A DNA stretch of 64,000 nucleotides, taken from Paragordius varius. Lineage: Eukaryota; Animalia; Nematomorpha. Position 1 is the stretch's first letter. The number at the start of each line of letters is the position of its first letter. Both the position numbers and the translations under genes were made by a program. The stretch lies in NCBI GenBank assembly GCA_964247055.1, contig OZ176051.1, forward strand, positions 14,570,001-14,634,000, read 5' to 3'. Below, piece by piece: positions 26,271-40,234 of the stretch. The notes beneath the pieces were generated by a model. The model worked only from the letters and a program-made list of their open reading frames with translations, made no database searches and had not been told where the DNA came from.

Positions 26271-27233
26271 CAGCGATTGTAGCTAATGTATTATGTGAGT
26301 GAAAACTGCTTTCTACCAAAATCATCTTATCTTGGATAATAGTAAAAATTCATTAAAGGATACGTAGTTTTTACTTTGTAAAGTCAGATTTTACGTCGGG
26401 TATTTATTATCAGCGATTTTGGGTTTTAATCTTAAAATTTGGGCAGTTTTTGAATATCAATCATACAAACGGAGAAATAAATTTCATTTTTTAAAGGGAT
26501 AAATCAACGATTAACATCAGTCGTTGGGTTCGAAGGAACTCAAATTTTGCAGGAGTTTAGTTAACTAATTTAGCAATGGATGGAAAAAGGTCATTGGAAT
26601 TCCATTGTATCCTAAAAAAGGAAAAGAAGTGATTTAAGGAAAATAAAAATCGTTCGCTAAATTAGATAATCGAGTGGAAGCTTCAGATATGGGCTAATAT
26701 TAAATGACAAATATGGCATTCAAAAAAAGAAGAGAAACTTCAATTTAATTTAATAATAGTTTAGTTGGTTAACACGATTTACACAAAAAATATCCTTAAT
26801 GCTAATGCATAAAAGTATGGACGTCTTCATGGTGCTTTTTTGGTTCTTACGAATCATTTAAATTAATATTATTACTTTTGCTTTAATTGCTTGATACCAT
26901 AAGAATTCGTACATCATCTCATTGATTTATTGCTCTTCGCTAACACGAACTGGGAGAAAACAGAATCAAAATGCTTGTGAATAAAAGAACTTTTATGTTT
27001 AACTTTTGTAATTTACGAATGCAAAAAAATAAAGTTTTCGAAAAACGCACCCGCTCAAAAATTGACCTATAAAAAACATAATCGAAGATAATTGGGCAAA
27101 TGAATTTAATAAGGTCTTATAAAACCAATTTAATCAAATAAGTATCAATTGTCAACTTCCCTCTATTTTAGTTTTTTTATAATTTAATTTAAAAATATTA
27201 ATAATAAGTTGAAATGGGTTAGGTTTTAATATA

Positions 27234-27887
27234 CCATTTTCACTTCAAGAGTGTCCTTGAACAATTCAAGTTGGTCCTTGAACAATTCAAGTTGGTCCTT
27301 GAACAGTTCAAGTTGGTCCTTAAACACTTCAAGTTGGTCCTTTGACTTTTTTGTTTTGTTTATAACTTTTATCAATCAAATCGTAAATAATTCATCTATT
27401 TTATTGTTTTTAACCTATTTTAATTATTTAACATAAATTTTTAATCGATATCAACTTTTAATCTTTGAACCGTATATCTTTATTAATTTCTTAAAATAAT
27501 TTTGTATTTATAAGATTTTAACACGAAATGAAAAAATATATAATTCTGGGTTTTTAATTAAAATTTTTCATCAAAAACATATAAAAGTCAATAATTTTGT
27601 TCAATTGAAAAAAAATAGTTTGAAACAAAAAAAGTGGTTTTCAATAAATTTTTTTATTTTTGAATGAATAAATATATAATAAATAAAGATAGGTTAATAA
27701 ATAATAAAATAAAAATATAAATGCAAAAATTATGGTTAAATCAAAATTTATAAATTTTAAAGACCAACTTGAAATGTTCAAGGACCAGCTTAAACTGTTC
27801 AAGGACCAACTTCAATTTTCAAGGACTAACTTGCACTGTTCAAGGACCAACTTGAAGTGTTCAAGGACACTCTTGAAGTGCAAATGG
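27234..27887. mobile_element. TATA-flanked CCATTT...AAATGG MITE, subfamily with 21-bp TTCAAGTTGGTCCTTGAACAA units
   Basis: Long inverted arms of tandem 21-bp units around an AT-rich core; TATA on both sides. Confidence 0.85.
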
Positions 27888-28224
27888 TATATTCCAAATT
27901 TAAAAAAAGTATCTATTGCCAAAAATTATATTGAGAAAAATATATAGCAAACGGAAAACTTATATATATGTTGAATAATAAACATAATTTTTATGTATAA
28001 ACTAGCTGGCCCTGTCACGCTTCACTGTAACGTGGTCACATTGATGGTCATTCTTTTTTTCAATAAATAGAACCGGAAATATAAATCAAACTTAACGATA
28101 TTTTATCCAAAATAATCGGGCTCAAGTAACTTAACACAAAATTGTTCATAGAAAACTTTCCTTATTAATTGACTGCCATTTAATTTATTTTTTGTTGTTT
28201 TACAAAATATTGGTCAGTGTAAGG

Positions 28225-30656
28225 CAGGGATGTCCAACACAAATGGCTTAAAGAGCCACCTTTTCGATCTCAAAATTCCAAAGAATCACTTTTTATTTAT
28301 ATATATCAAGACATTGGCAACAAATAAATTTATTATTTTAACATATAGATGTGCTAATTTTCATATCAAAAAGTAAATAAACAGTATAAATATAATGATG
28401 CTTTGCTAATTAAATTATATCATTGTAAAAAAAGATAAAAAATACATGTATATGGTAAAATTATTGCAATTCGATGGTATGACTAGAGTAGACTGTGGCG
28501 ATTTTAATCCTTAAAATGTAACCTTTTTTATCTAATAAAAATAAAAGAAATAAATATTTTTCATTGCATAATTAAATTTTTAATGGGATATTTGTTTTGT
28601 TATTTTTTTGCTTAATTTATTCAAATCTATATCAATATTTGATACAGCACATCTCAATTCATTCTCTAAGTTTTCATCAGTTAATAAAGAACGTGAAAGA
28701 GATTATGTGTATTTTATTTTAGAAAAAAACTTTCACACAGATAAGTGGACCCAAAAGCACAAATTAATCTTTGTGCAAAAATTCCTAAATCAGGAAATTT
28801 ATCAAACGTTATATATTTTTGTAAAATTCAATTTTATTTGTTCAAATAATAATTTTAATTCAATATTTTTTAAATCTAGTAATTCCATTTGTAATAATAG
28901 GAGCGTTGATAGCTTCAACGTAGAATGGACTTCAAAATAAATCAATTATTTTTTCATATTTTGTCATATCCCCGTATCGATTATTAAAAGCTTTTAATAA
29001 TATGTTAATTTGATTTGCATATTTTGAAAAATCGTTAGTTTTACCAGCTTTAAATCTATTCTATTCTGGAAAATGTTCAGCATTATTTTTTATATGGTAA
29101 AAAGCTTTAATGTGGTTTTAAATTATCTTGCTTTTGCAAAGATTCATATAATTGATTTAGTTTTTCGGTAATATCTACGGAAAAGCTGAAATCTGACAAC
29201 TAATCTTCATTGGTTAATTCCTCTACCAAATAATGATTCTGCAATAGAAAAATATTTATTTTTTTTAATGAATAATAAAATCTTTTTAGACATTTTCGAC
29301 TAAGCCACCTTACATTTGAAAAAATATAAGATCTCCATATTCTGAATGAATTTCTTTTAATAACTCCTTAAACTGCCTATGCTTCAAAGCATGAGATTTA
29401 ATAAAATTAACTACTTTAACAACAACGGTCATTACATTGTCCATTGTCAGAGCATGTCTGCAGAGATTTTCACGGTGAATCATGCAATGCATTATATATA
29501 TGGTCAATATTAATACCATCGGATTCCATCTTATTTTGCAATAATTTCATGGTTCCCTTGTTTTTTCCCATCATAGCTGGGGCACCATCTGTTGTCAAAC
29601 AAGATAGTGCCCTCATATTTAATTTATTGTCCTCAACATTTCAATACATGAAACATATCAAATCCCTTAGTTGTATTTTTCATCGGAAGTAAGCCTAACA
29701 ATCTTCTGTTATATTAAAAAATTCATCTATCCCTCGAATAAAGACTACCAATTGTGATATGTTGCTTATATCTGTGCTTTCATCAAATGACAAGGAAAAC
29801 GCCACAAAATTTTGAATTCTTTCTTTTAGGAAAAGTTGAATTTCTTCTGCGGTGTCTGTAATTTGTCGACACATAGTATTGCGCCAAAGACTTATACTGG
29901 ATATTAATTCAACTTTATTAGGCTAAACACATTTTATAATTTCCAGTACGCATTTCTTTACAAACTCACCGAATAAGGCTTCATTTTTTGGCGAGTAAAT
30001 TGGCAACAATAAACTTGCCTTTACAATCGGATAAAGTTGCGTGAATGAATTTGTTGGTTGGAGATTTTTAATATTTTTTAAAGATTCTAATTTTATTATT
30101 TTCATTTCTGTAGTCATATTAATAAAATCCAAATGCATGGTATTGGCATGTCTTCTTAAATTATATTCGCGAAACCCGTTTGTCGTAACTTTGCAAAAAA
30201 GGCACTCCGCTTTGTTGAAAATTTGAGTAAACCCATATTTTAATTCCCAGTCGGGATTGTATTTTCTAGTTACTTTTTTAAATTTATGCATATTGAAAGC
30301 TAAATAAATTATTTTAAATATTTATCTTTTTGCAAGTATCAATATTTCAATGGACCCAAATTATAATTTCCAGTATTGGTATGAAAGCTAAATAAATTAT
30401 TTCAAATACCTATTTTTTGCAATGTTTTAATTTAATGTGAAAGTTATGATCTTGAAGTTGGATATAACATGCAGGAAAAAATGTGTTTTATAAATGATTA
30501 AATGAATGCGATGATAGATATTTATAATAAAGAATCTTATTAAAAGTTTCTAAAAAATTTTTAAAAAAAAATAGAAATTAATTTTTTTTAAAAAAATTTT
30601 TTTTTCAAAATTTTTAATGAGCCACTAGTGGCCCAATACCTTGTTGTAAACCCCTG
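28225..30656 (-). mobile_element. Decayed hAT DNA transposon, SPIN/Buster/Charlie-like (GTF2IRD2-type) transposase
   Basis: BED-finger-like WELKYGF..ECLFC..NLRRH..H (30291-29923), FSLSFDESTDI and HCMIHRENLC..VVKVVNFIKSHALKHRQF (29519-29310), broken by stops and frameshifts. Termini CAGGGATGTCCAAC and GTTGTAAACCCCTG; 8-bp flanks only 4/8 identical. Confidence 0.85.
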
Positions 30657-31229
30657 TTTTATAGCATAACTATATATTTAAATTTTAATTTTCAAACAAG
30701 ATCTCAATTTCTATTTTCAATTGTTGTGTGCATTCCTTCTTCTATAGTTTTTTTAGTACACCGAATTTTTAAGTCTATTTTGTTTTTTAAAATTATAAAT
30801 AGAATGTCTTTTAGAAAATTATTTGTCTATTTATTTTACGTTTTGTCCGATTTCAATTTTTACTCTATCTTCAAAAATATCATTCGTTTAAAAAAAGCGC
30901 GAAATTACCTTTATAATATTTTTTTTGTTTTCTTTAAAGTATATATCATATTCCTATATTTAATTTTTTGGTTGATTTTTTGGATCATTTTTTATATTTA
31001 ATTTTATATCTATTATGTATTTTATTAATTTTTTATGGTTTCTGTAAAGCGTGCAGGCCAGACCTGGCCAGACGGAGATAGAGGCCAATAGGGTTAAAGT
31101 TGTGGAATGTGTTTTGCCAGTATAAATGTTGGTTCGTTAAAACGTAAGTTATATGATTTAGTTGAAACTATGAGGGTAAAATAGGTAAATTTTTTGTGCG
31201 TTCAGGAGACCAGATCCGTGGAAATGGCA

Positions 31230-32760
31230 CTAGGCGTTAGAGGGTAACTATAAAATGTTTTATTCAGGTTCTATTAGTTACAGTGGGGTCGCTATTATAG
31301 TGTGGATTTGCTAATCTGAGGTTAGACGAACAATATAAGTATTGGACTATGGGTTTTCGTCTTTAGCGTTTCTGTTCCCCAGATAGGATTGACTAAAAAA
31401 ATAAATTTTATGATTTGTTAAACGGGGAAATGACTTCATTAACGAAAGACAGAGAAATCATATTTTTTGGTGATTTCAATGGGCATGTGAAACAAAATAG
31501 GAGATGATTTGAGCCTTGGCATGGCGGAAAATGCTACGGGGTTAAAAAGGAATCAGGGACTAATTAAGATATGCTCTATCTTATAATTTCGCTATAAGAA
31601 ATACCTTTTTTTAAATAGGATAGCTATTTAATTACCTACAAAAGTGGAGTTAAGAAGTTACAAATTGATTATATTCTTGTACCACGAAAGTCTTTAAAGT
31701 ATGTTGTGTACGCAAAGTCATATCTAAACAACAGATTAGTGCACAACATAATTTATATGCGTAAATATATGGCAGATAGACTAATAAATGCTAAAAAGCT
31801 TAAGCTTATAGCGCCGAAGATAATTAAATGGGATTCCTTAAGAAACAGTAAAGAAAGATTTGTAGAAAACAATAAATTATTCGCGGAGGAAGAGATTGAA
31901 GAGGTGGAAAGAATATTTTCAGGACTTTAAATTGGGTGTCTGTGAAACGAATTTACCCAAAACCAGACTATGTATCAGCGCATATTGCAAGTATAAAGAA
32001 GTCCAGGTTGGACAATGAAAGTTATTTGAAAAATTATAGAGAAACGAATTAGAAAAATGATTTGCATAGAGGATAATCAATTTGGTTTTATTCTGGCAAA
32101 GTCCACCATCGATTCGATTCACGCAATAAGGGAGCTATTTGAAAAGCATATAGAAATGAAAAAGGAGTTGCATGGTATTTTTATCGATATTGGAAAGGCG
32201 TTTGACAGGATAACGAAAAAACGCTAGAAGTTACATAAAATTATAAAAAGTATGCACGGCTCTGAAAATGCCAAAGTTAAAACACATCAAGGAGTGTCAA
32301 ATATTGAAATAGACCAAGGCGTCTATAGTGGTAAGCAATCAGTCCGTTGCTATTTATAATATGCATGGACGAAATTTCAAGAGAAGTGGGGCAACATGGT
32401 GGCTGTTTTATGGAGACGACCTAATAGTGCTGTCAGACGAGTCGCGTGAATTAAGAAATTTGTGAAATGGATTGATGTTTTACGACGGTGCGCAAAAGTT
32501 AATAAAAAGAAAACGAAACTAAATCCTTGGTGGGAAATATGGAAAATGGAAAGAAGGTTGGATATTAAAAGGTCACGAGGAACGCAAATATTTAGCGATT
32601 TTAGCAGCAGATGGTTCTTTAAAAGAATTTGAAATAGTTGGGCACACTATAAAAAGATATTAAACGTTCTGGTGGATAAAATATTGATCTATATTTACAA
32701 TGCTGTATCCTACAATGATGTACTACTCAAAGAGATGATACGGTTATCTTCGCAGAAAAT
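31230..32760 (+). mobile_element. Highly decayed RTE-like LINE (APE + RT remnants)
   Basis: Fragments FGDFNGHV, ITYKSG..QIDYILV, NQFGF..STIDSIHAIRELFEK, IFIDIGKAFDR and FYGDDL with many stops. Confidence 0.75.
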
Positions 32761-33100
32761 CCAAACTCATAACGCTCCTACTACAACATTTTGTAGATGT
32801 CAAAAATATGGGCCACAGATTAATCTTTCAAAAAAAAGATATTACAAATTAACCGAAAAGTTGCAAACGCTTCAATAACTCTTGACGAACATATTATTGA
32901 AACAGTCAAAATTACACAAATCTTGGGAATCTAAACCTGACGATATAATTGTAATTCCGAAATTAAACGGAGGATTGCTATGGCCAAAACGTCCCATGAT
33001 ATAAGCCTAAAAACTAAAATTCGCACAAATACATTCGTTTTTCCAACTTTTCTCTAAGGGTGTAAAGGTTGGACCTAAAAAAATCCGACTAACAGACTCT

Positions 33101-36100
33101 CTATGTAAGAAAACTCCTGCAGAAAGGGACGGTCAAAGTAAATAACAACACAAAATTAAGAACTAAAATTCCTTGATGTTGGGAAAGGTTAGTTTGAACG
33201 TAGGGCCGAAGGATACGGTGAATGGACAATAATGTAAAAGAAACCAATGCAACCTTGGCAAACTCAAAATTAAAATTAAAAATCTCAATCTTTGGAGAAG
33301 TCTTATTTACAATATTGCAAAAAGGCGACCTTGACTTATAGAAATACATACATACATATTTGATGTGTTATTGTCCAGAAGAGCTATTATAAATGAAAAA
33401 ACCATGATAGGAAATTATTCGCAAAATTAAAATATATAGTATTAGGTATCATTTATTAAATCATATTCATTGTATAAATATTATCTATCCCATTTAGATG
33501 CTATAATATATAATTAAAGGCTACACTAGGCTTATTTAAAAGGCCCCATACAATTATTAAAAATGGCACCCATCTAATATTATTATGCTAAGTGTGATAA
33601 TAAAACATTTTTGCCAAATTTTTTCTGCTTATCAGTTAGACGCCGAGACTTTTTCTGGTTCTTAGGCTTTCCTTTGCCTGCAGAGCGCTTGGGTTTGAAT
33701 TTCAATTTCGTGTTTTTGGGGTCAAACATTGCTACGATATCTTCAAGACCTCTCAAATCTGGGTTGGATATGCAAAGGCCCATAGAAAAAGGACTATTCT
33801 GTTGGGAATACAAATGTGGTAAGCAAAGCCCTTGTTGATGGACTGAACCGCACGTTTCGTTTAAATTCTATAGACAATGGAGATAAATTGATAAATATTA
33901 TGCCAATGCAAAATATAATCTATCAAAAAAGTTGTCCTTTTCAGTAGAAGCTCAAATTTATATAAAATTAAATATTTTTACTAAAAGACAGCCATATTTT
34001 TGAATATATTAATACTGGGTTCCAAATAGAGGGCTATAGAAAAATTCTAACGAAATATGTAATATATTGTGATAGGATATTGTATCAGGATTATTACAAT
34101 CTTTTTATATTAGTTCTTTCAAATGAAATAAGAAGTTAATATGACTTTTTTAGTGACTGCTTTATATCAAAAAACGGTAAATTTGAGTTTTGATGAACAA
34201 ATAATTTTAATGAAAGCTAATACTTCATTTCAAAAAAATATCACTAAATATATGATGAACTACATATAAAACGCAAAACAAACTTTTTATAATCTTATAT
34301 TTTTTGTGGGCCCTCAAAGTCCTAAATATCGCTCATATAAAATGAGAGCTTACTCTCTCAAAATAATCACACAAAGGTCACGTGATGAATTAACTAAATG
34401 CTGATATTAACTAAAAATATTTTAAAAAATATGCATACTTTTTTCAAAAATCTAATATCAAAATTTTGTTGAAGCGCACCATACTATTTTAAGGCATGAT
34501 GTAAACGGCATAAAAATGTTTTAAGATGATATTATAAAAAATTCGATGAGCTAACATTTCTATCGCTTCAGAATTTTTATTTATATACTACTAAAATTTT
34601 GGTGAATTTTTTTAAAAAATAGTTTATTAACATAAATTTGAAAACGAACGAATATTATATATCAAACCCCAATGTGATTAGGAATATTCAACATTACTTA
34701 TTATAGAAGAGCCAAAATATGTGGGATTTGTACTCTAATCTAAAATTTAATTTTTTATAAATATTGTCTTGATTTTTATATGTAGTGATATATAGTCATC
34801 TTGTTTGGAATGAAGCATTTAGTTTTCACCAAAAAAAATTTATTATATAAAATGTGCGCAAGTTTTGCCATCTTCTCATGTAGCAGTTTCTTTCTTAATC
34901 CCTCATAAGGGTTAAAACCCAAAGCACCATGGTAAATTTAATACATTTTCCATTCAGATTTCATCAGGATATTTATTGCACTGTGTATTATGTATATAAA
35001 ATAAATCTCGGCTTTTTACCGTGTTGGTTATCAATTTAATCCTTACAATTATTACATGAGATTGGTTTAGATTTACCATGCCAATTTGATTCATTAATTA
35101 TTCATAATATTAGTTTAGGGCAAAAGTGCTTAAATTATAAAAATGGTTATTTAAAAAAAATATTTATTTTAATGTTTACGTTTTGTCTTTTTATATTTTG
35201 TAATGATGGCGCCATGCACAATTAATTTTGCCTTATGTGATTATGGTGGTAAGGTATGAGTGTTATTATCATAAGTATACAGTTTTTAAAGAATGTCATA
35301 GATATCTGTACTGTGAATGAAAAAATTGTACTTAGCTTTAAATGTATATGATATGTGGTTTTTAAGAAATATTCGTAAATACGATTATTTGCACTTCAAA
35401 TATTTTTAATGACTTTTGCACTTTACGACCGACGATTTTTAAAATTGCATTATACATTAAATTCATTTTTGCATGAGTATGTTTCATTGATCTTGAGCGA
35501 ATTTTAATAACCTAAATGTTTAAAGGCGTTTCCCTGAAACATTACACTCGGGGTCGTATTCCACTGAGGCTGGGGACAAAGTTAATCGTTGCTCGACAAT
35601 AATATGATAAAAAGTGCATATGAATATGCACTCATGAATGCCTTGATTTGTTTTAGTACGCAATATAGTTATGATTATTTTTATATTGTTATGACAACTT
35701 TTAAACATGGCTAACTTTTGAATATATATATCATAACATATATATTTACGTAATACAATATAAAAAGACCAAAAACAAATATAAACTATAAGACAAATCA
35801 TGTTATAATTATATTTTAATAAATACGCCCTTTAATTGTACAGCCAATTACATAAATGTAATCTTTTTAAAAAATATTTAAGTATTTAAGTGTGTTTGAA
35901 AATTTACCTTTCGTCTTTCTTCTACACATGTGCCTTCGGAATTGTAATCTGTGAGGTCCAGGATTTCACAGATTAAACCCTTAGAACAGCGACCATAAAC
36001 TCAAAAGGGTCCGCGGCACTCTTCTCCAGCCACCTTTGAATTATATTAAAAAAATGTTTTTTTATAAATAACATAAACAGTCGAATAATCATAATTTTTC

Positions 36101-36500
36101 TAAAAACTATTTAACGGGGGATTCGCAAATCATGGTTTTTTGTCTCTGGTTTGCATTTAAGTTGCACATTTTACTGCTCGATATAATGAAAGAAATAGTT
36201 TAGTATAAGATTTTATTTTTAGCTTAAAGATAAACTTGAATTTGAGCAAACAGGGTTCGATTAAATTATTTAAATTTACAAAAATATATTCCATTTTAAT
36301 CCCTAGAAAGAAAACACCAGATCGTAAAATTGTTTCTAACCTTGTTACAAACTTCACAGCAACCGCAAACATCTCTTCCCACATCACCTTTGCAATCTGT
36401 TGCATTCAAAGGTGGGCACACTTTAGTTTCACACATACAGGTGAGCCCGTTAACACTGAATTCATATGAGAAAATAATGATAGTAGACAAAATGCCATTG
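33101..36500 (-). pseudogene. IGFBP (insulin-like growth factor binding) N-terminal domain gene with an in-frame TGA; possible pseudogene or null allele
   Basis: Phase-0 spliced exons about 36500-36341 (LTCMCETKVCPPLNATDCKGDVGRDVCGCCEVCNK), 36033-35908 (VAGEECRGPF*VYGRCSKGLICEILDLTDYNSEGTCVEERRK) and 33867-33607 or 33583 (NLNETCGSVHQQGLCLPHLYSQQNSPFSMGLCISNP plus a Lys-rich tail). A last exon at 33334-33101 with a hydrophobic end is possible. CGCCxxC and GExC..G.C..GL.C spacing fit the IGFBP domain. TGA at 36001-36003; start codon unresolved. Confidence 0.75.
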
Positions 36501-39469
36501 GAAAAATATATAAGATTATCAGAGTTTCTGTTTATGTTTGAGAATGTTATCCAATTAAAAAGTTGCAATTACATATAATTGACCAGAATCGAAAAAACTA
36601 AATCTGTGCACAATATGCTAATAATTATTTTTCGATAAAGCTAAATCTTTTAAACTAATTTGTAAGTTTAATAATAACCAACTCGTTTTGCACTAAGCGA
36701 AAAAATATTTCATTTTATTAGCATATGAATTATGTTTTAATGAGTGCGACTATCGCTGATTTAAACCGTTTTAAATCGGTTGCACAATACAAACGTTTCT
36801 AAATAGAAACTCTAATTTGATACTCGTGTTAAGTTTCAATAAGCAGTTTTAAAAAAATTTTCATCGAAAACCGTTTCATATTTGGCTGTAGCCCTAATTC
36901 ATAAAAATTGAAGACCACAAACTTATTTTGAGTACTTCAACCCTAATTTTTTACAATATAATATCGGGTTATGTGTATATGAGAACGAAAATATGTAATT
37001 TGGTCCTTCATATTTATAATTTTTATTAATTTTAAACTGTTATAAGTTGAAAATTTTGTGTTTTAATATTTTTTTAGCTATTTTTCAACATATGGACGCT
37101 AAATATCATTTTTTATTGTAGTGTAAAATGTAACAATAAATTTATTTCGCTATGTATGTCCAATCGAATATCCAATTTAGAAACTAATATAATAATATGA
37201 AAATATTATATTGAAACGTTTCAATATATATGGTTGCATATATTCCTAAACCGGGAATGCAAGAAACCCTTAAAATTTTCGCTGAAACCGGTTGATTATG
37301 TTTAATTCGCCTTTATACAACTAAACCACCCCTCTATTTTTATACTTTTTACAGACCGACTGCCTTTGGTTTTAACTCATAAATCAAACTTATTCTATTT
37401 CACCTTTTCGACCAAGCATTAAAGCTTTGGATAATTATATTATACCACAAAAACCTCAAATATACCCCAGAAAATAAGATGTAACCTATCTAAAATATAT
37501 TCGATTCCTTTTCTATATAAAAAAATTGTAATTGATTACCTGATGTAATTAATCATAATCAGAAACGACATTAGTAATAAGTATATTAGATTGCGCAATG
37601 GATTCATTGTTAAACTGGACATAATGTTTGTTAACTTTAAAAAAATTAGTCTGAAAAAATATTATATAATATATTTATTTAATGATTTATTTTATACATT
37701 GGGATAGAAAATCGGTTTTATCAAGTTATTACAGAATGTTTTTGAATGGGTGGGCCTTTCAAACCTATTTTATTATAAATGTTAAACAACTCTAAACTAG
37801 TTTTGGCTTTGTTTACACTTGGTAACCTACTTAAATATTTGGCTAACAAATTTTGTATTGTTTTTTACTATACTATCACCGAGCAGTGTTGAAAATTTGT
37901 GTTTGTTCGATAAATTATACAATCTGCCACCAACCAAGTAATAAATTGAATCATTATTTTACATTTACATCAAATCACTTATTTCGATATTTGACCTTTT
38001 TCAACTAGGTTTTGCGCGTAAAAAATATACTCGACTTTACGGCCTAGTATATTTATTATAAGCGGCTTTTTAACACAAATACGAAATATGTAGTAACTAA
38101 ATAGAAAACGAGAACCAATTTTAAAATATTTAATGACAATAACATGGAAACTGTATACTTATAATAATTTAATACGTTGGTTTTGAAGCAATTTTCCAGA
38201 AACATTTGAAACACAATAAAGAAATATTTTAATTTATTTCAAATTACATAGATTAGCCACTGTGTTTTCTGCTCACCCAATGTAAAAATATGTGCGAGTC
38301 CACAAAAAGTAATTTTTCAAACACGAAATACAAAAATGGATCGAGTATAGTCTAACCACTATTAAACTTGCCCTGTCAGCCCCACTTCCAGTAAAATTTA
38401 TCTTAAAAATATTTGGAGTAGTTATTCGAAAACGTTATTTAATCTATACTATATTTCACTGCTTTTTTAAAAGCTATGTGAATAAAATCTATATCGAATA
38501 TGCTTCCATAAATTTGAATTATTTTGGAAAACACAATCTCTTTGAATTCCTTGAAGAGTCCCAAAAGGAACGTCTCTTGTATTTTTTTCTCCATAAGCTC
38601 TATTATGAGCTAAGTTTACATCTAATTTGTGTTGAGCTTAATCCTCTAAAATTGTTTGCAGGTATGTTTTATGGGATCTGCCCGCTTGACCTTGTAATGT
38701 AATGCATGTTTAGTATAGTTATGGGTCGGATCTCTACGGTATATGTGACCTACCCATCTTAGCCTAGCCATTTGAATGTTATCGGCTATTGATTTTATTT
38801 TTAGCACTGTGTGACGGTCTCATAGGTTAGTTGTGTAATAAATTAAATTGATTGGGATCCTGTTAATATAAGATAGATTATATTTTATAGTCTACGTTCT
38901 GATGGAAATAATTTAGTTTTAAGCGTGTTTGTCAGTGCCCGTCAATGTTTCCGATCAGTATTTTAACAGCGGTTGAATCACTTTGGTGTATAATTGAGCT
39001 ATTGTTGCGAGGTTAATATATCTGTTTAATAGAATAGTTTTCCACGAGTGGAATTTCCATTACCTATATTTATATAGATACACTGGCATGCCCCCTTTTG
39101 CCGTTCACCCATCCTCCTAATCAATCGCAAAAATCTTAGTTTTCGGTGACCGTTTCATCAGAAAACTGTAAAATCTTCCTGACATTAATAACGTAAACCT
39201 AAAACTTTAAAAGATTTTTATTATCAAGCAAGTATAATATTTTAAATTATTTCCACAACCATCTCGAAACAAACCATATCCCGTCAAATTTTATTCTTAA
39301 ATAACCAATTGCAAATTTTCTAAGAGCAAACCATGATGAGATCATACATTGTGAGGCCCTCAAGTACTATAAAGTAAAATTAATATAACAACAAGTAATA
39401 TATTATATAATAAACTCAACTCTAATAATGAAAATGAAACGCGCAAGACTTTAAATTGCAAAAAAACAA

Positions 39470-39830
39470 GCTATTTTCAAGTAACTGCATCTTATCACCC
39501 CGAGGTAGTTGTTCTGAGCAAATATTCATGCGCCCCAGCTGTTTTAATAAATTACCTGTATTGATCATGTTTTACGTTTTCTTGGAAATAATTTCAGCCC
39601 CACTTGATGGTTTCGATTTTTATTGTTTTCAAAAGGCATCAAATCTTTTGTTTTGGTAAGAATTGTTGTGTCGTCGGCGAAACGCAATTTGGTCTCGCCT
39701 CCTATTTTGATGCCTGATGAGCATTTTCCTATTAATTTTATGGTGTTTCCAAAATTATCTTCTAATGTGTCAAATATAGATGAAATTTTTATCGGTATAT
39801 ATGGTGCAGGGTTTTTCAAAGAAGAATATT
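39470..39830 (-). mobile_element. Non-LTR RT fragment
   Basis: GIKIGGETKLRFADDTTIL matches the RT catalytic (Y/F)ADD region. Confidence 0.65.
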
Positions 39831-39992
39831 TCCTTTAAAATTTTTTTGATGTTTACCATCTCTGTATCTGATATATGACCATATTTATTTAATTTAAAAC
39901 CAATGTATTATAAGTACTTTTGTATAATAGTAATTTTTATGAAACCTTTAGTATTTAAAATTGCTTCATAAGCCATTACAGTATGATGTAGG

Positions 39993-40234
39993 CAGAGGCG
40001 TAGCTAGAGCAGGGGGAAAATATAACGGGCAACATAGTTGAAGGGGTGCCGTATTTAAAAAAATTTGATTCTATTTCAAAAAATAGTTATTTAAAAGTCA
40101 TTAATAATACATACCATATATGACAACATGACAGCGGTTTGAATTTTATTTTTTAAATGCAGGGGTTGCATGGAGGGAGAGGGGTCGCCATTAAGGATTC
40201 TTGCCCTGGAGGCCAGAAATGCAAGCACGCCTCT
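39993..40234. mobile_element. Degenerate hAT-like MITE related to the 1390 family
   Basis: Termini (C)AGAGGCGT / ACGCCTCT with G/C-rich subtermini; flanks only partly similar. Confidence 0.45.

Noticed and set aside
27251-27947. 21-bp tandem units as a CRISPR array, and the SLNNSSW / FKDQL ORFs (also 14294-14488 and 52980-53171)
   Set aside because: Units are contiguous without unique spacers, form the inverted arms of a MITE, and the context is eukaryotic; the ORFs are by-products of a 21-bp period.
31040-31097. piggyBac-like end (TTAA|CCCTATTGG on the minus strand) sharing CTGGCCAGGTCTGGC with about 880-900
   Set aside because: The second terminus was not found.
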